A stretch of 64,000 bases of DNA from Polyangiaceae bacterium (GCA_044376115.1 JBILLK010000012.1:160001-224000); one strand, 5' to 3'. Positions 49,759-59,722 are shown, numbered from the stretch's first letter. The notes: generated from the sequence alone by a model not told the origin. Program-made: numbers and translations.

Positions 49759-51393
49759 CTATCGGAAGCTTGGCGGGGGCTCGCTTGCCGAGACAAGTGA
49801 TTTCGGAGCTCGCTCGGGATGCATCTCCACCATCATCATTGGTGCGATATGGAGTGCGAGAATGTCGGGACGCGGCGGCGCGGTGGTACGGGCCATCCGC
49901 AGCGCTTCATCCATCGTACGAGCCGTCTCCCAACCCATAAGTCGCGGGATATACTCATTGTCGGCACCGACGATGATGACCCTGCCTGTGTGTTGCCGGC
50001 CCGCTTCGCCCCAGTACCACATGAAGAACGCGTGGGCTGGATGGTAAGCATGCCCTGACCGGTACATTTCAATGTACGCCGGGTTCGAAGCGAACTTCTT
50101 CTCGAATCGCTTGTGAAGTTCCATCCCGTCCCGGGTCTCGGGCAGGAGCCGGTGCACGAATTCGATGTAGGGCGCGTGCTGATCATTGTCGAACTTGTCG
50201 GTGCACGGATGCAGCGCAATCATCGTCCCGCCCTTCTTCAGCATGGGGGCGTTCTTGTAGAGATTGAACAAGTATCCGTTCACCATGACCTGCACGAGCA
50301 GGGGATTGAGATAGGCGTGAACGTTGTAGGGGGAGATGTTGGGCACGCCCGTCACGAGGATGTCGGCTTGGCCCGTTACCGGCACAAGGTACTGATCGTA
50401 GCTGCGCTTCATCGTGTGCTTGTGCACCGCCTCAGTCTCTCCCGCCCAGACGCCCGTAACTCCATATGGCGCTGGGAATTTGTCGAAGATCGCTTGGCGC
50501 ATGCTCTGAGGCGTCTTGTCCAGCGCTAGCTTCAACGCGCGCAAAGACGCGCGTTCACGACCTGAAAGATCGTCCTCATTCTTACCGAGGAAGTCGAGCG
50601 GGCGATCGAACATGCGATTGTTGATCGTCGTCTCGATGGTGAAGATGCGCTTCTTCTTCTGCAGAAGGCGACCTTGTCGCTCAATGCTGGTGTTCAGCTC
50701 GCTCTTCGGCGGGTCCATGTAGGACCAGCAGTTACGCATCGTGCGCGGGTTGTGATGCGCAGCCAACGTCTTGTAACCACACAGACCGACGGTCACCGAT
50801 TTGTGGCCGCCATCCATCGGCACGAAGTTGAGATTGACGTAGATGATGAGGTCGCTCTCGGCGGCGCGGCGATTGATCTCGACGACTTCCCCTTCGTCTG
50901 TCGTACCGATGAGGGTGAGACCGTCGGGGGCCTCCGCGTCGTGGTTGTAGAGCTTCTTCGGCCAGAAGCGATCCATGATCTTGTCACCGACCATGTGGCG
51001 CACCTCCCAGTCACGCATGCGCCGATGGAAGCTCGTGGCGATAATCATCTCCACGTCCTCCACCCCGTGATCGGTCAGGAGATCGAGCACGATGGTGAGC
51101 ACTCGTTCACGAATATCGGGCCGCTGCATGGGCGGCAGAGGCAACGAGATGTCGTCGATAGCGATCGTCACCTTCATACCCGACTTGAGCATCGCGTAAA
51201 GCGGCTCGGAGTTCTCGGGGTGGTTCAACGCAAAACGAATCGCCGCATCAACGTCCTTGAGCGGGGTCATCGGAGGTTTCGGGTACACGACGCGGGTGCC
51301 CGTCGGCAGATCCACGTCCATGAGTTGGTCTCCGTAAAACAGGGTCCGCGGTGCGCTTCGACCGTCGAGGGTGACGACACAAGGGTGACTCAT
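49759..51393 (-). CDS. Lactate racemase (LarA/DUF2088) domain protein
   Basis: ALNHP..SEPL, VTIAIDDIS.P, IIATSFHRRM, NHDA, G.T..G..VEINR, GGHKS; ORF track start 51444. Confidence 0.82.
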   Translation of the reverse strand: MSHPCVVTLDGRSAPRTLFYGDQLMDVDLPTGTRVVYPKPPMTPLKDVDAAIRFALNHPENSEPLYAMLKSGMKVTIAIDDISLPLPPMQRPDIRERVLTIVLDLLTDHGVEDVEMIIATSFHRRMRDWEVRHMVGDKIMDRFWPKKLYNHDAEAPDGLTLIGTTDEGEVVEINRRAAESDLIIYVNLNFVPMDGGHKSVTVGLCGYKTLAAHHNPRTMRNCWSYMDPPKSELNTSIERQGRLLQKKKRIFTIETTINNRMFDRPLDFLGKNEDDLSGRERASLRALKLALDKTPQSMRQAIFDKFPAPYGVTGVWAGETEAVHKHTMKRSYDQYLVPVTGQADILVTGVPNISPYNVHAYLNPLLVQVMVNGYLFNLYKNAPMLKKGGTMIALHPCTDKFDNDQHAPYIEFVHRLLPETRDGMELHKRFEKKFASNPAYIEMYRSGHAYHPAHAFFMWYWGEAGRQHTGRVIIVGADNEYIPRLMGWETARTMDEALRMARTTAPPRPDILALHIAPMMMVEMHPERAPKSLVSASEPPPSFR

Positions 51394-51552
51394 GGGAGTT
51401 GGCCGATTCGCTTGGATTTGTCGGAAGGTCAAGTGAAACGCCACACAGAAGGCCGGCAGCCGTTCGGAGCAAGACGGAAGTGCCTAACCGATGCTTCGCA
51501 GCCAGTACTAGACACGGGCTATCGTGGAGGGGTGACCGCACGCAGGACGACG

Positions 51553-52344
51553 ATGTTTACGACTCGACTCGAGAGAGTGCGCAGCTGTTTGATTGCGACG
51601 TGCGTGCTCAGCGGTACGCATGCAACGCAAGCCTTGGCGGATGACGGGCCGGCCTCGGCCCTTGGTAACATGCTCGACGCGAGCCCGACCATCACTTCAG
51701 TAGCAGTTGGTTCAGTGCTGCTCGCGGATCTTTCGTTCTTGCTGATCGGCACGCGCGACGCAATTCGTGGGCAGTCTTCAGAAGCGGGGTTGTACGGCGT
51801 GCAGGTTGGCGTAGCCGGCATTCAAACGCTTGGCTTCCTCGCCGCGCCTATCGCGTTTGACATCTCGCGGTGGCAACTCGGCGAGCAGCTCCTATTGCTG
51901 CTCCCAGCGCAGGTCATGGCAAGCACGCTCCTCAACCACGGAGTTTGGTCGCTGGTCGAAGACCCTGCTGACCCGGCGAGCCGATTGGGCGTGAGCTTCC
52001 TCGTAGGTGGCAATGCAGCGTTTACGTCCATTGGAATAGGAGGGCTCACGCGAGAAAAGTGGGCGCCTTGGGGGCTTGGCATCGCCGAGGTGGCCCATAC
52101 GGTGCTCGCGGCCAGCGTCAGCGTCGAACGAATGGTCAATGACCAAGAACACAGGCCCGAGTGGGCTGGGCTGTTCGCCTGGTCGCTGATTGGGCTATCG
52201 CACGGTGTTGGTTCGATCTTGGTTGGCGCTCCTGGGAGCCGAGTGAGCACGAAGGACGCACCGACCACAACAGCCCAGATATCGCCGTTCGTAGTTCCAA
52301 CCCAAGCCGGCGTTGTCATTGGTGGCACAGGCTGGCTTCCTTGA
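51553..52344 (+). CDS. Hypothetical exported multi-pass membrane protein
   Basis: AGGA before ATG 51553; signal peptide (QALA), several hydrophobic helices. Confidence 0.6.
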   Translation: MFTTRLERVRSCLIATCVLSGTHATQALADDGPASALGNMLDASPTITSVAVGSVLLADLSFLLIGTRDAIRGQSSEAGLYGVQVGVAGIQTLGFLAAPIAFDISRWQLGEQLLLLLPAQVMASTLLNHGVWSLVEDPADPASRLGVSFLVGGNAAFTSIGIGGLTREKWAPWGLGIAEVAHTVLAASVSVERMVNDQEHRPEWAGLFAWSLIGLSHGVGSILVGAPGSRVSTKDAPTTTAQISPFVVPTQAGVVIGGTGWLP

Positions 52345-52466
52345 TCGAGCCGGGAGTTGTTTGGCTACGTTTTCTTTTTCGCGACCTCGTCCTCCTGGGT
52401 TCGTCTTCTCCCCGTGAGAGTTGATCTGGCCCGCGCGCGCTTGGCATACCGTGGTAGGGAGCGCCG

Positions 52467-54533
52467 ATGAAGGTGGCCTTGGTATACCCCCCGGCATGCG
52501 ACCCCACCGCGCCGTACCTCTCTGTCCCGACGCTTACTGCCCAGCTGCGGCGACGAGGTATCGACGTTCTTCCGATCGATGCGAACGTCGAGGCCTTTGA
52601 CTCCATCCTGACCGCGTCGCGGCTGCGAGAACTGCGAGACACGATCGAAACTCGGCTGGACGAGCTCGCCAAGCGTGATCATCTCCCGCACATAGACCAG
52701 CTGAACTACGTGGCCATGGTTCGCGCGTTGCCTGCAGCCTTCGCCGTGCCTGAGCTGATCGAGGACGCCAAGGCCACACTTCGAGATGCACATCGCTTCG
52801 CTGAGCCAGACAGCTACGACCGTGCGACTGCGGTGATTGATCACGCAATGACCGTGGTTAGCGCCGCCTATTCACCGCTCAAACTCGACTTCACGACCTA
52901 CCGAACTCCGTTCTCAATGCTCTCGATCGAAGAGGTTGAGAGCGACGCCCAAAGAGAGCGCAACCCGTTCTTCGAATGGGTAGAAACAGTGCTTGGTCCG
53001 AGGTTGCGTGCGGCTGAGGTGAACCTGGTAGGACTCTCCGTCTGTTTTCCTGGCCAACTTCAACCAGCGTATTCCTTCGCGCTGCAGCTGAAGCGCTTGC
53101 TCCCAGGAGTCCACCTAACGGTCGGCGGGCCTGGCGTTACCCAAATGATGATTCGCTTGCAGGGGCATGCACTGGCGAAGGCGCTCGGACCCTTTGATTC
53201 AGCCATCCTCTACGAGGGCGAGGGGCCGCTCGTTGCCCTGATTGAAGCGCTGGAGCGCAAGAGCCCCCTGCGAAACCTCGAGAACGTCGTCCTCCGCGAC
53301 AAGCTCATGGGCGCGCGCTTCACCGCAGGACACGGCATGCAAGACCTTCGGGAGCTTTTGGCTCCCGACTTCGACGGGCTCCCGCTCAACAAGTACTTCT
53401 CCCCGTCGCTGGTACTTCCGTACGATCCAACGCGAGGCTGCTACTGGGGCAAGTGCACCTTTTGTCACTACGGATTAGCGGAGGTTGGTACGGCTGCGTA
53501 CCGCGAAAGGCCCGTTGATACCGTAGTTGACCATTTGGAGGAGCTACGCCAGAAGCACGGCACATCCACCTTCTACTTTTCTCAAGATTCGGTTGCGCCC
53601 AAGACGCTGCTCAAACTCGCCGACCGCCTCGTCGAGCGCAAGGTTGCCCTGCAATGGGCTACCGACCTAAAGCCCGAAAAGTACCTAACGCAAGAGCGCG
53701 CTGAGCGACTCCGCCTCAGTGGAGCGGTGGCATGCGCACTGGGCGTTGAGTCAGGAAGTCAGCGTGTGCTGGAGCTAATCGACAAAGGCGCGCCAGTGGA
53801 GGTAGTTGGTGAGGTGATTGACCGCCTTGCCCATGCCGGAATTGCCGCTGAAGCGATGTGCTTTACGGACTTTCCAACGGAGACCAAGAGCGAAGCGCTC
53901 GAGACCCTCGAGTTCCTCGACAATAGGCGCGAGAAACTTGGGCTGTTCATTGTCGGCGAATTTGGGCTCACGCACGGCGCCCTCGTCGCGCAGAACCCTG
54001 AGAGTTTTGGGCTAGAGGAGCTTTGGCAACTCAAAGGGGACGAGTTTGGACTCGGCCTCTTCTTTCAACCGAGAGTGCCAGCTAAGTCGATGGAAGACCG
54101 CGAAGCGGTAGACGATCGTCTCGCAGAGGTTTCCGATGGGTTCCTACTGCGCAGGTATCCTTGGGCAGGCGCGGTTTCGACAGCTCACACGATCCTCACC
54201 TATGCGGCACGAGGTCCGGACGCCTTTAGAACTCTCAGTTCTTCAAGGGTCGGGGTAGACCTACCCGCAATCGACCTAGAGCTTCCGTTCGACTTTTCAA
54301 AGGCTGAGCTCGCAGAGGAGCATGAAGGGGTGGTGTGGCACGAGATAGTGCACAATCAGCGTCAAGTTTCGCGCGGCTTGTACCATGAGTTGGTTAGCGA
54401 CCTTCCTTCGTTACCAAAACGCCCTGCCCGCTACCGCGTTGGGGAAGAGGTAGTCAGATTACGGCTCCCAGCACGGCGGCCCGACACGTCTACCAACCGG
54501 GCCGGCAGAGCTAGGCGGGCTGGGCCAACCTGA
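52467..54533 (+). CDS. Cobalamin-binding-domain radical SAM protein
   Basis: N-terminal ALVYPP, VGLSV, TVGGP, EGE; CxxxCxxC motif RGCYWGKCTFC; LGVESGSQRVL. Confidence 0.9.
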   Translation: MKVALVYPPACDPTAPYLSVPTLTAQLRRRGIDVLPIDANVEAFDSILTASRLRELRDTIETRLDELAKRDHLPHIDQLNYVAMVRALPAAFAVPELIEDAKATLRDAHRFAEPDSYDRATAVIDHAMTVVSAAYSPLKLDFTTYRTPFSMLSIEEVESDAQRERNPFFEWVETVLGPRLRAAEVNLVGLSVCFPGQLQPAYSFALQLKRLLPGVHLTVGGPGVTQMMIRLQGHALAKALGPFDSAILYEGEGPLVALIEALERKSPLRNLENVVLRDKLMGARFTAGHGMQDLRELLAPDFDGLPLNKYFSPSLVLPYDPTRGCYWGKCTFCHYGLAEVGTAAYRERPVDTVVDHLEELRQKHGTSTFYFSQDSVAPKTLLKLADRLVERKVALQWATDLKPEKYLTQERAERLRLSGAVACALGVESGSQRVLELIDKGAPVEVVGEVIDRLAHAGIAAEAMCFTDFPTETKSEALETLEFLDNRREKLGLFIVGEFGLTHGALVAQNPESFGLEELWQLKGDEFGLGLFFQPRVPAKSMEDREAVDDRLAEVSDGFLLRRYPWAGAVSTAHTILTYAARGPDAFRTLSSSRVGVDLPAIDLELPFDFSKAELAEEHEGVVWHEIVHNQRQVSRGLYHELVSDLPSLPKRPARYRVGEEVVRLRLPARRPDTSTNRAGRARRAGPT

Positions 54534-54570
54534 ATTTCAGCTTCCATAGACAATATTGCAGGGAGGAATC

Positions 54571-55386
54571 ATGTCGGGAAAGACGACTGAAGAGGACAAT
54601 GCACCGTTCGACAAGTTTGAGCTTATTTCTGCCATCGTATTAGGACTCGGTGCATTGGGCGGCGCTTGGGCTGGTTACCAGGCCGGACTATGGGGCGGTA
54701 ATCAGGCGACAGCTTACGCTGAAGCCGCCAATATGATGAGTGAGGCGGCTGGCATTTATACGGAAGCGTCCTCTGCCGGCTTGGATGCGTCGATGGTGGG
54801 CAATCGCGATGCCGACATCGATCTTCAGACCAAGCGCCTCTTGTTCGAGGCTGACCATTCTGAGGATCCTGAGCTCAAGAAACGCAACATCTACACTGCC
54901 AAGTACCTCTATATCGATCAGTTGAGTGACGAGGCGCAAAAGCACCTCGGGCTTCCCAAGCAGGACGATTTCGAGAAGCTAACTGACGCCGAGCTGATCG
55001 CAGCGAATCAGAAGAGCCTCGACGAAAAGTACTTCGACGAAATCTACAAAGATGCGGAGAGCGAATACGATCGCGCAGAGGCGCGACAGAAAGAAGCTCG
55101 TAAAAAGTTCTTTGAAGGCCAAGTAGCCAACTACAACGGGGACCTCCTCGAGCTGACGGCCGTGCTCTACACAGTTTGCTTGTTCCTGGCCGGCATTGGT
55201 CTGGTGTTTAAGACCAACATCAAGTGGGGGTTTTTGGTGATGGCCTCACTAGGACTGGTTGGCTCAACAGTCCACCTTTCCCGCAACCCTTGGACCTCCG
55301 TTGAAGCGCCCAAGTTCGAGGAGGACTCGAAGCCCACCGAATCCTCGAGCACGCCAGCCGCGTCAGCCTCCGCCGCACCAAAGTGA
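54571..55386 (+). CDS. DUF4337-like membrane protein
   Basis: GGGAGG SD; N-terminal TM helix with AWAGYQA..WGG, acidic helical loop, two C-terminal TM helices. Confidence 0.7.
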   Translation: MSGKTTEEDNAPFDKFELISAIVLGLGALGGAWAGYQAGLWGGNQATAYAEAANMMSEAAGIYTEASSAGLDASMVGNRDADIDLQTKRLLFEADHSEDPELKKRNIYTAKYLYIDQLSDEAQKHLGLPKQDDFEKLTDAELIAANQKSLDEKYFDEIYKDAESEYDRAEARQKEARKKFFEGQVANYNGDLLELTAVLYTVCLFLAGIGLVFKTNIKWGFLVMASLGLVGSTVHLSRNPWTSVEAPKFEEDSKPTESSSTPAASASAAPK

Positions 55387-55411
55387 ATTGCCCAGGCCGC
55401 GCCAACGCGCG

Positions 55412-57280
55412 CTAATTCTTGTTGGGAACGGCCGTCTTCTTGGAGGCGGCCTTCTTCTTGGGGGCCGTCTTCTTGGAGGCGGCCTTCTTCTTGGGAACGG
55501 CCTTCTTCTTGGGAACGGCCGTCTTCTTGGGAACGGCCGTCTTCTTGGGAACGGCCGTCTTCTTGGGAACGGCCGTCTTCTTGGGAACGGCCGTCTTCTT
55601 GGAGGCGGCCTTCTTCTTGGGAACGGCCGTCTTCTTGGAGGCGGCCTTCTTCTTGGGGGCCGGCTTCTTGGAGGCGGCCTTCTTCTGGGGAACAACCGTC
55701 TTCTTGGAGGAAGCCTTCTTCTTCGGAGCTGCCTTCTTCGGAGTGGCCTTGTGCTTGGGAGCAGCCTTCTCGGGTGAGGTTGAATCGCTGCTTACGACAC
55801 TCGTACCCATGCCCGGTGGCCAACCATCACCCCAGCCGTCGACCACTTCAATCCGTGCGAGGATCTGCCTTAGTGCTGTTTTCCCGGATGGCAGACGACG
55901 GATAGGTCGCCTCTCACGGAGTGCAGCGACCATCGTCACAATGTCAGTGGAGCGACTTGCGGCCGCCTCGCCGGCCGACGGCATCTCGAAATCATCAAAC
56001 GAGAAGACCTCAATTGAATCAGTTGGCAACCCCAGCTGTTCACAGAGCTCGGATGCGTTCAAGAACACCTTGTCAGCTAGTTCACCTTGACCCAACCTCA
56101 CTATGAGCCACTCGGCTGGCCCAAGACTTTGTTTCAGCCTACGACCTTCCTCGGGAGTCAAATCTTCAATATCGAAGCCGAGCGGCACAGCGCAAACGGA
56201 GCCGCGCAGCGTCAATTCAACAGGGCCGTGTGCTCTCTCATCGATAGCCCACTCACCACTGGCGCTACGCGTAGCTCCAGTAAGCAGATAGGTTGTTGAA
56301 TTATCCGCATTCCAGCGAACGATAGCTTCCTCGGGAAGGAGAACGGATTGTCGTGAAAGGAAGCCCTTCGACTGCAATACCGGGGAGAACGGAGCGACGG
56401 TTCGGCTGATGCCTCCATCTCCCAACCCAGTCATTAGGCTTTGGAAAACCAACGCATCTCCCATTGGCGACACGAGGCCGGTAACCCGCATTGCGCCTGT
56501 AAAGTAATTCGCATTGTCCCACATTGGGTAGTCGTAGGCGGCAAACCTAGCGTCCATCGAAGCCAGCGTTACCGCAGGGCCGCGCGCCACGGATAGCGCC
56601 ACAGTATCCGAAAGGATACTTCGCGCACTCTTGGGAACCGATGAAGTGGATAGACCCAAGCGCTCAAATAGGCTGGGCGCGTTGGCTCCAGCCCAGCGAA
56701 TCGCATGTTCATACAAGCCGTCCGCGTCCTCCTCAGCAAGCATGTTCACGGCCTCCAGCGCCACTGGGTGTTGCTGTTCGGCTTTCGCTAGCAGCCAGGC
56801 GTACCCCATCCTCGGATTGGCCGCGCACCAGACAAGTACAAAAGGCCTGCGATCACTTCCTCGCGCATCGAGCGCCACCCGAAATGCTTCCTGGGATTCT
56901 ATGGCAAGCAAGCATGGCCGAATACACCAAGGCATATTGCTGCTTGGATCCTTGGATAGATGGTCAGCCAACCAAGGCAATATCCCAGCGCCATATCGCT
57001 CAAAGGGACCGACATTGGCCATCCCACGCGGCTGCATCTTCCACGTAAGTCGCCGCGCTTCACGCACGAACTCCTCTGCGTCTTCAAGACTCAAGAGGGC
57101 TGCCCAATGTACGTCGGAGTCCAACACGTGGTGGGTTCCGATCGTGCGGCCCGCTCCTTTCACGAAGGCATCGCGGTCTGCGACGATGGCGCGCGCTTCA
57201 GCGAGGGGCATGAGACCACGGTGATCCATAGGGTCAACAGCGGCGTCCACCATCGCGCTGTTCATATAACCGGTCGTCAT
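55412..57280 (-). CDS. Hypothetical protein with C-terminal Lys/Ala/Pro histone-H1-like tail
   Basis: GGAGG SD; globular body, then about 118 aa of KKAAS/KKTAVP repeats. Confidence 0.8.
   Translation of the reverse strand: MTTGYMNSAMVDAAVDPMDHRGLMPLAEARAIVADRDAFVKGAGRTIGTHHVLDSDVHWAALLSLEDAEEFVREARRLTWKMQPRGMANVGPFERYGAGILPWLADHLSKDPSSNMPWCIRPCLLAIESQEAFRVALDARGSDRRPFVLVWCAANPRMGYAWLLAKAEQQHPVALEAVNMLAEEDADGLYEHAIRWAGANAPSLFERLGLSTSSVPKSARSILSDTVALSVARGPAVTLASMDARFAAYDYPMWDNANYFTGAMRVTGLVSPMGDALVFQSLMTGLGDGGISRTVAPFSPVLQSKGFLSRQSVLLPEEAIVRWNADNSTTYLLTGATRSASGEWAIDERAHGPVELTLRGSVCAVPLGFDIEDLTPEEGRRLKQSLGPAEWLIVRLGQGELADKVFLNASELCEQLGLPTDSIEVFSFDDFEMPSAGEAAASRSTDIVTMVAALRERRPIRRLPSGKTALRQILARIEVVDGWGDGWPPGMGTSVVSSDSTSPEKAAPKHKATPKKAAPKKKASSKKTVVPQKKAASKKPAPKKKAASKKTAVPKKKAASKKTAVPKKTAVPKKTAVPKKTAVPKKTAVPKKKAVPKKKAASKKTAPKKKAASKKTAVPNKN
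55415..55770 (-). repeat. 15/18-bp coding tandem repeat (KKTAVP / KKKAAS units)
   Basis: Five consecutive copies of GGGAACGGCCGTCTTCTT on the + strand, flanked by variant units. Confidence 0.93.
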
Positions 57281-57388
57281 TCCGTCCTCCGTGACGGGTA
57301 GAGCAGATCACGGGTCAACGAAACCAGCACGGACTATTTTTTGGAAGGATGTGGGGGTCGCCACGATCCGCTAAGGTTCGAGAATCTC

Positions 57389-58327
57389 ATGGTCGCGTTC
57401 GTGCGCAGCAACAACGGAGTCCAGCTCGCCATACCCGCCGGCGGGCTACTCATCGGCAGAGGCTCGGCCTGTGGCATGGTGGTCGACGACCCAAGCGTGA
57501 GCAGAAGGCACGCTTTGGTGCTGAGTGGAGACCGTGGCACGCTAATCGTGCCGCTTGGTCGCCGCCCAACCGAGGTCAATGGCGTGCCCATCACCACGCC
57601 CACCGAAGTGGATGACGGCACAACCGTCACGGTCGGCCCAACGACATTTCGGATCGACATTCCGCCGCCGCCACTAACCGAGCAACAGCTGATCGAGATC
57701 GGTGGACAGCGCTACTCTGTCTCAAAGTCGAGCATGCGCGTGGGTGGCAGCTCGAAGGATGATCTCGTGGTGCCGAGCTGGCCGGAGCACGCGCTTTCGC
57801 TGCTCCCGATTCCAGGCGCCGTGATTGTCGAGTTCGCACAAGACCTCCCGGAGTTACAAGCCGTTCAAGGCGAAGTTCGTGAACTTTCAGCGGGGCAGGA
57901 GCTCGTTCTGAACGGCATCACCATGCGTGTGATTCTGAGTCACTCGGGTTCAACAACCACCATTGAAGGGGTGCTCGCCCCAACCCGAGTGCGACTTGAA
58001 TTCTTACCCAACGGCGGTTTGTTGTCGGTCTTTTTGGACAGGGAATACACGGCTTGGCTTGCCGACAAGCGATGCGATTTGGTCGCGGCGCTATTGCGCC
58101 CTACAGGGGATTTCTCGGCAGGTGAGTTCGTTCCAGATGACGTTCTTGTGCGCCTTATCTGGGGAACGGACGCTGCAACACGAGCTCAGCTCAATACCTT
58201 GATCCATCGAGCGCGCAAGTCGCTCACGCTCGCTGGGCTCAACGGGCCCGCGTTGATTCAACGAGCGCCAGGCGGCGGAGCAACCCGCTTCTCGATGGTG
58301 CAGAACGCGGAGGTCTCGGTCGTCTAG
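57389..58327 (+). CDS. FHA-domain protein with C-terminal winged-helix-like domain
   Basis: IGRG...D.SVSRRHA...T.VNG; C-terminal LV.ALL...V..D.L...IWG...LNTLIHRARKSL. Confidence 0.82.
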   Translation: MVAFVRSNNGVQLAIPAGGLLIGRGSACGMVVDDPSVSRRHALVLSGDRGTLIVPLGRRPTEVNGVPITTPTEVDDGTTVTVGPTTFRIDIPPPPLTEQQLIEIGGQRYSVSKSSMRVGGSSKDDLVVPSWPEHALSLLPIPGAVIVEFAQDLPELQAVQGEVRELSAGQELVLNGITMRVILSHSGSTTTIEGVLAPTRVRLEFLPNGGLLSVFLDREYTAWLADKRCDLVAALLRPTGDFSAGEFVPDDVLVRLIWGTDAATRAQLNTLIHRARKSLTLAGLNGPALIQRAPGGGATRFSMVQNAEVSVV

Positions 58328-59055
58328 CTGGGGACGTTGAGGGCCTGCTCCAGCGGGCTCTTCGCCATCGTGACCTTGCGCCCAGCAGCGGTGGGATCGC
58401 TTGGGAGACCAAGCTTCCGGCGAACCTCCACAAGCGGCTCCGCCCAGTGCGCCGCCCAGTCAAAACCGAAGAATGGTTGCGCTTGACTCCCAAGTTGCCA
58501 GCCGTGCGTGATGGCGTCCATCCGTCGCTTGTAGTCCGGTGTGGCGTACAGGGCGGTGTTTAGCAAGCCTATCGAAAGCAGCACCATCGACAGACGCGCC
58601 TCAAACTGAGTCATGTAAAACGCCTGTAGGCCGAGCTCCCCCGCAACGTCGACGTCAAAACCGGTTGCGGTGTGCCACACATCGTGGGTTTCCCGCAGAT
58701 GCGCGAAGACGTAACCCGCATGGGTGCCATCATCCTGCCGCTGTTGAACGGCTGCTGGATCCAAACCACGCCGGCGCATGTCGCTGGCAAACGAGTGCCC
58801 GAGCGAGCCAACAGGAAGCCTGAGCATCGCTTCGAAGTCGAGCTTGCCGAGCCTGGGCCGAGATTCAAACACCGACTTGAAGCGGGCATCGTTCGAGAAT
58901 CCGTCGACGATCGCCCGCCCCCCCTCGCTGCGTTCGAGTTTGTCGAGAATTGCGAATACCTGCTCGAGCTTGTTCAAATCGCGAGCAAGCGCGATGAAGG
59001 CTACTACGGCTCTAGCCCCAGAAATTGCATTACTAATCGCGTTCACGTTTGACAA
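58324..59055 (-). CDS. Coq4-family protein
   Basis: LP.GSLG..F, RETHDVWH..TG......GELGLQAF. Confidence 0.85.
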   Translation of the reverse strand: MSNVNAISNAISGARAVVAFIALARDLNKLEQVFAILDKLERSEGGRAIVDGFSNDARFKSVFESRPRLGKLDFEAMLRLPVGSLGHSFASDMRRRGLDPAAVQQRQDDGTHAGYVFAHLRETHDVWHTATGFDVDVAGELGLQAFYMTQFEARLSMVLLSIGLLNTALYATPDYKRRMDAITHGWQLGSQAQPFFGFDWAAHWAEPLVEVRRKLGLPSDPTAAGRKVTMAKSPLEQALNVPS

Positions 59056-59056
59056 G

Positions 59057-59089
59057 ATACGAGCGAAAGCTCACATTGACAACTCGCAT
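59057..59089. promoter_or_regulatory. Candidate TetR operator between divergent genes
   Basis: Imperfect palindrome ATACGAG-N6-CTCACAT plus a second half-site CTCGCAT. Confidence 0.55.
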
Positions 59090-59707
59090 ATGAATCGCCT
59101 TTCCACATCGGCCATTCGTCCACGCAAACAACCTTCTCAAGTGCGCTCTCGAGAGACAGTGTTAGCCATTGTTGAAGCGACTGCTCACATTCTAAGCGAG
59201 GTTGGCTATGACGGGTTGACCACGAACGCTGTAGCAACCCGAGCGGGAGTGAGTATCGGCTCGCTCTACCAGTATTTCCCGAGCAAGGACGCGCTGGTTG
59301 CTGACCTGGTCGACCGACACTGTGAACGAATGAACGCACTTTTCGGGGCTGTCTTTATGCGTGCCCTGACTTTGCCACCGCGCGAGCTGGCCCGTGCAGT
59401 GGTTGAGGCCATCCTGATGACCAAGTTGGAGAATCCCGCATTGTCGCGAGTGCTACGGGAGCAGCTGCCCCGCGTAGGGGGTCTGCAGCGCCTCGAGGAG
59501 AGCCTGCGGCAGGTCACCCAGGTGGTCGCGACGTACCTTGCTTCTCATCGTGAACTGCTCCGCGTCACAGACCCAGAAAGAGCGGCCTTCTACGCGGTAA
59601 CTATGGGAGAGAGCCTCACCATGGCGGTTGCAACGCAGCGACCAGAAGAGGCGGAAACGGCCATCGACGAGATCACCGACGCTGTCGTTCGTTATTTGTT
59701 CAAGTAA
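59090..59707 (+). CDS. TetR/AcrR family transcriptional regulator
   Basis: RKQPSQ.RS..TV.AI, TTNAVA.RAGVSIGSLYQYFPSK. Confidence 0.93.
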   Translation: MNRLSTSAIRPRKQPSQVRSRETVLAIVEATAHILSEVGYDGLTTNAVATRAGVSIGSLYQYFPSKDALVADLVDRHCERMNALFGAVFMRALTLPPRELARAVVEAILMTKLENPALSRVLREQLPRVGGLQRLEESLRQVTQVVATYLASHRELLRVTDPERAAFYAVTMGESLTMAVATQRPEEAETAIDEITDAVVRYLFK

Positions 59708-59722
59708 GCAGGATGGGTCCGC

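Noticed and set aside
50674..51552. N-terminal part of the 556-aa ORF
   Set aside because: Antisense to the LarA-like gene; only the part from ATG 51553 looks like a protein
55167..56090. Overlapping repeat ORFs (QEDGRS, LLGNGR, FPRRR and LGTAVF frames) or a CRISPR array
   Set aside because: They are shadow frames of the KKTAVP coding repeat; units are contiguous, with no unique spacers and no cas genes
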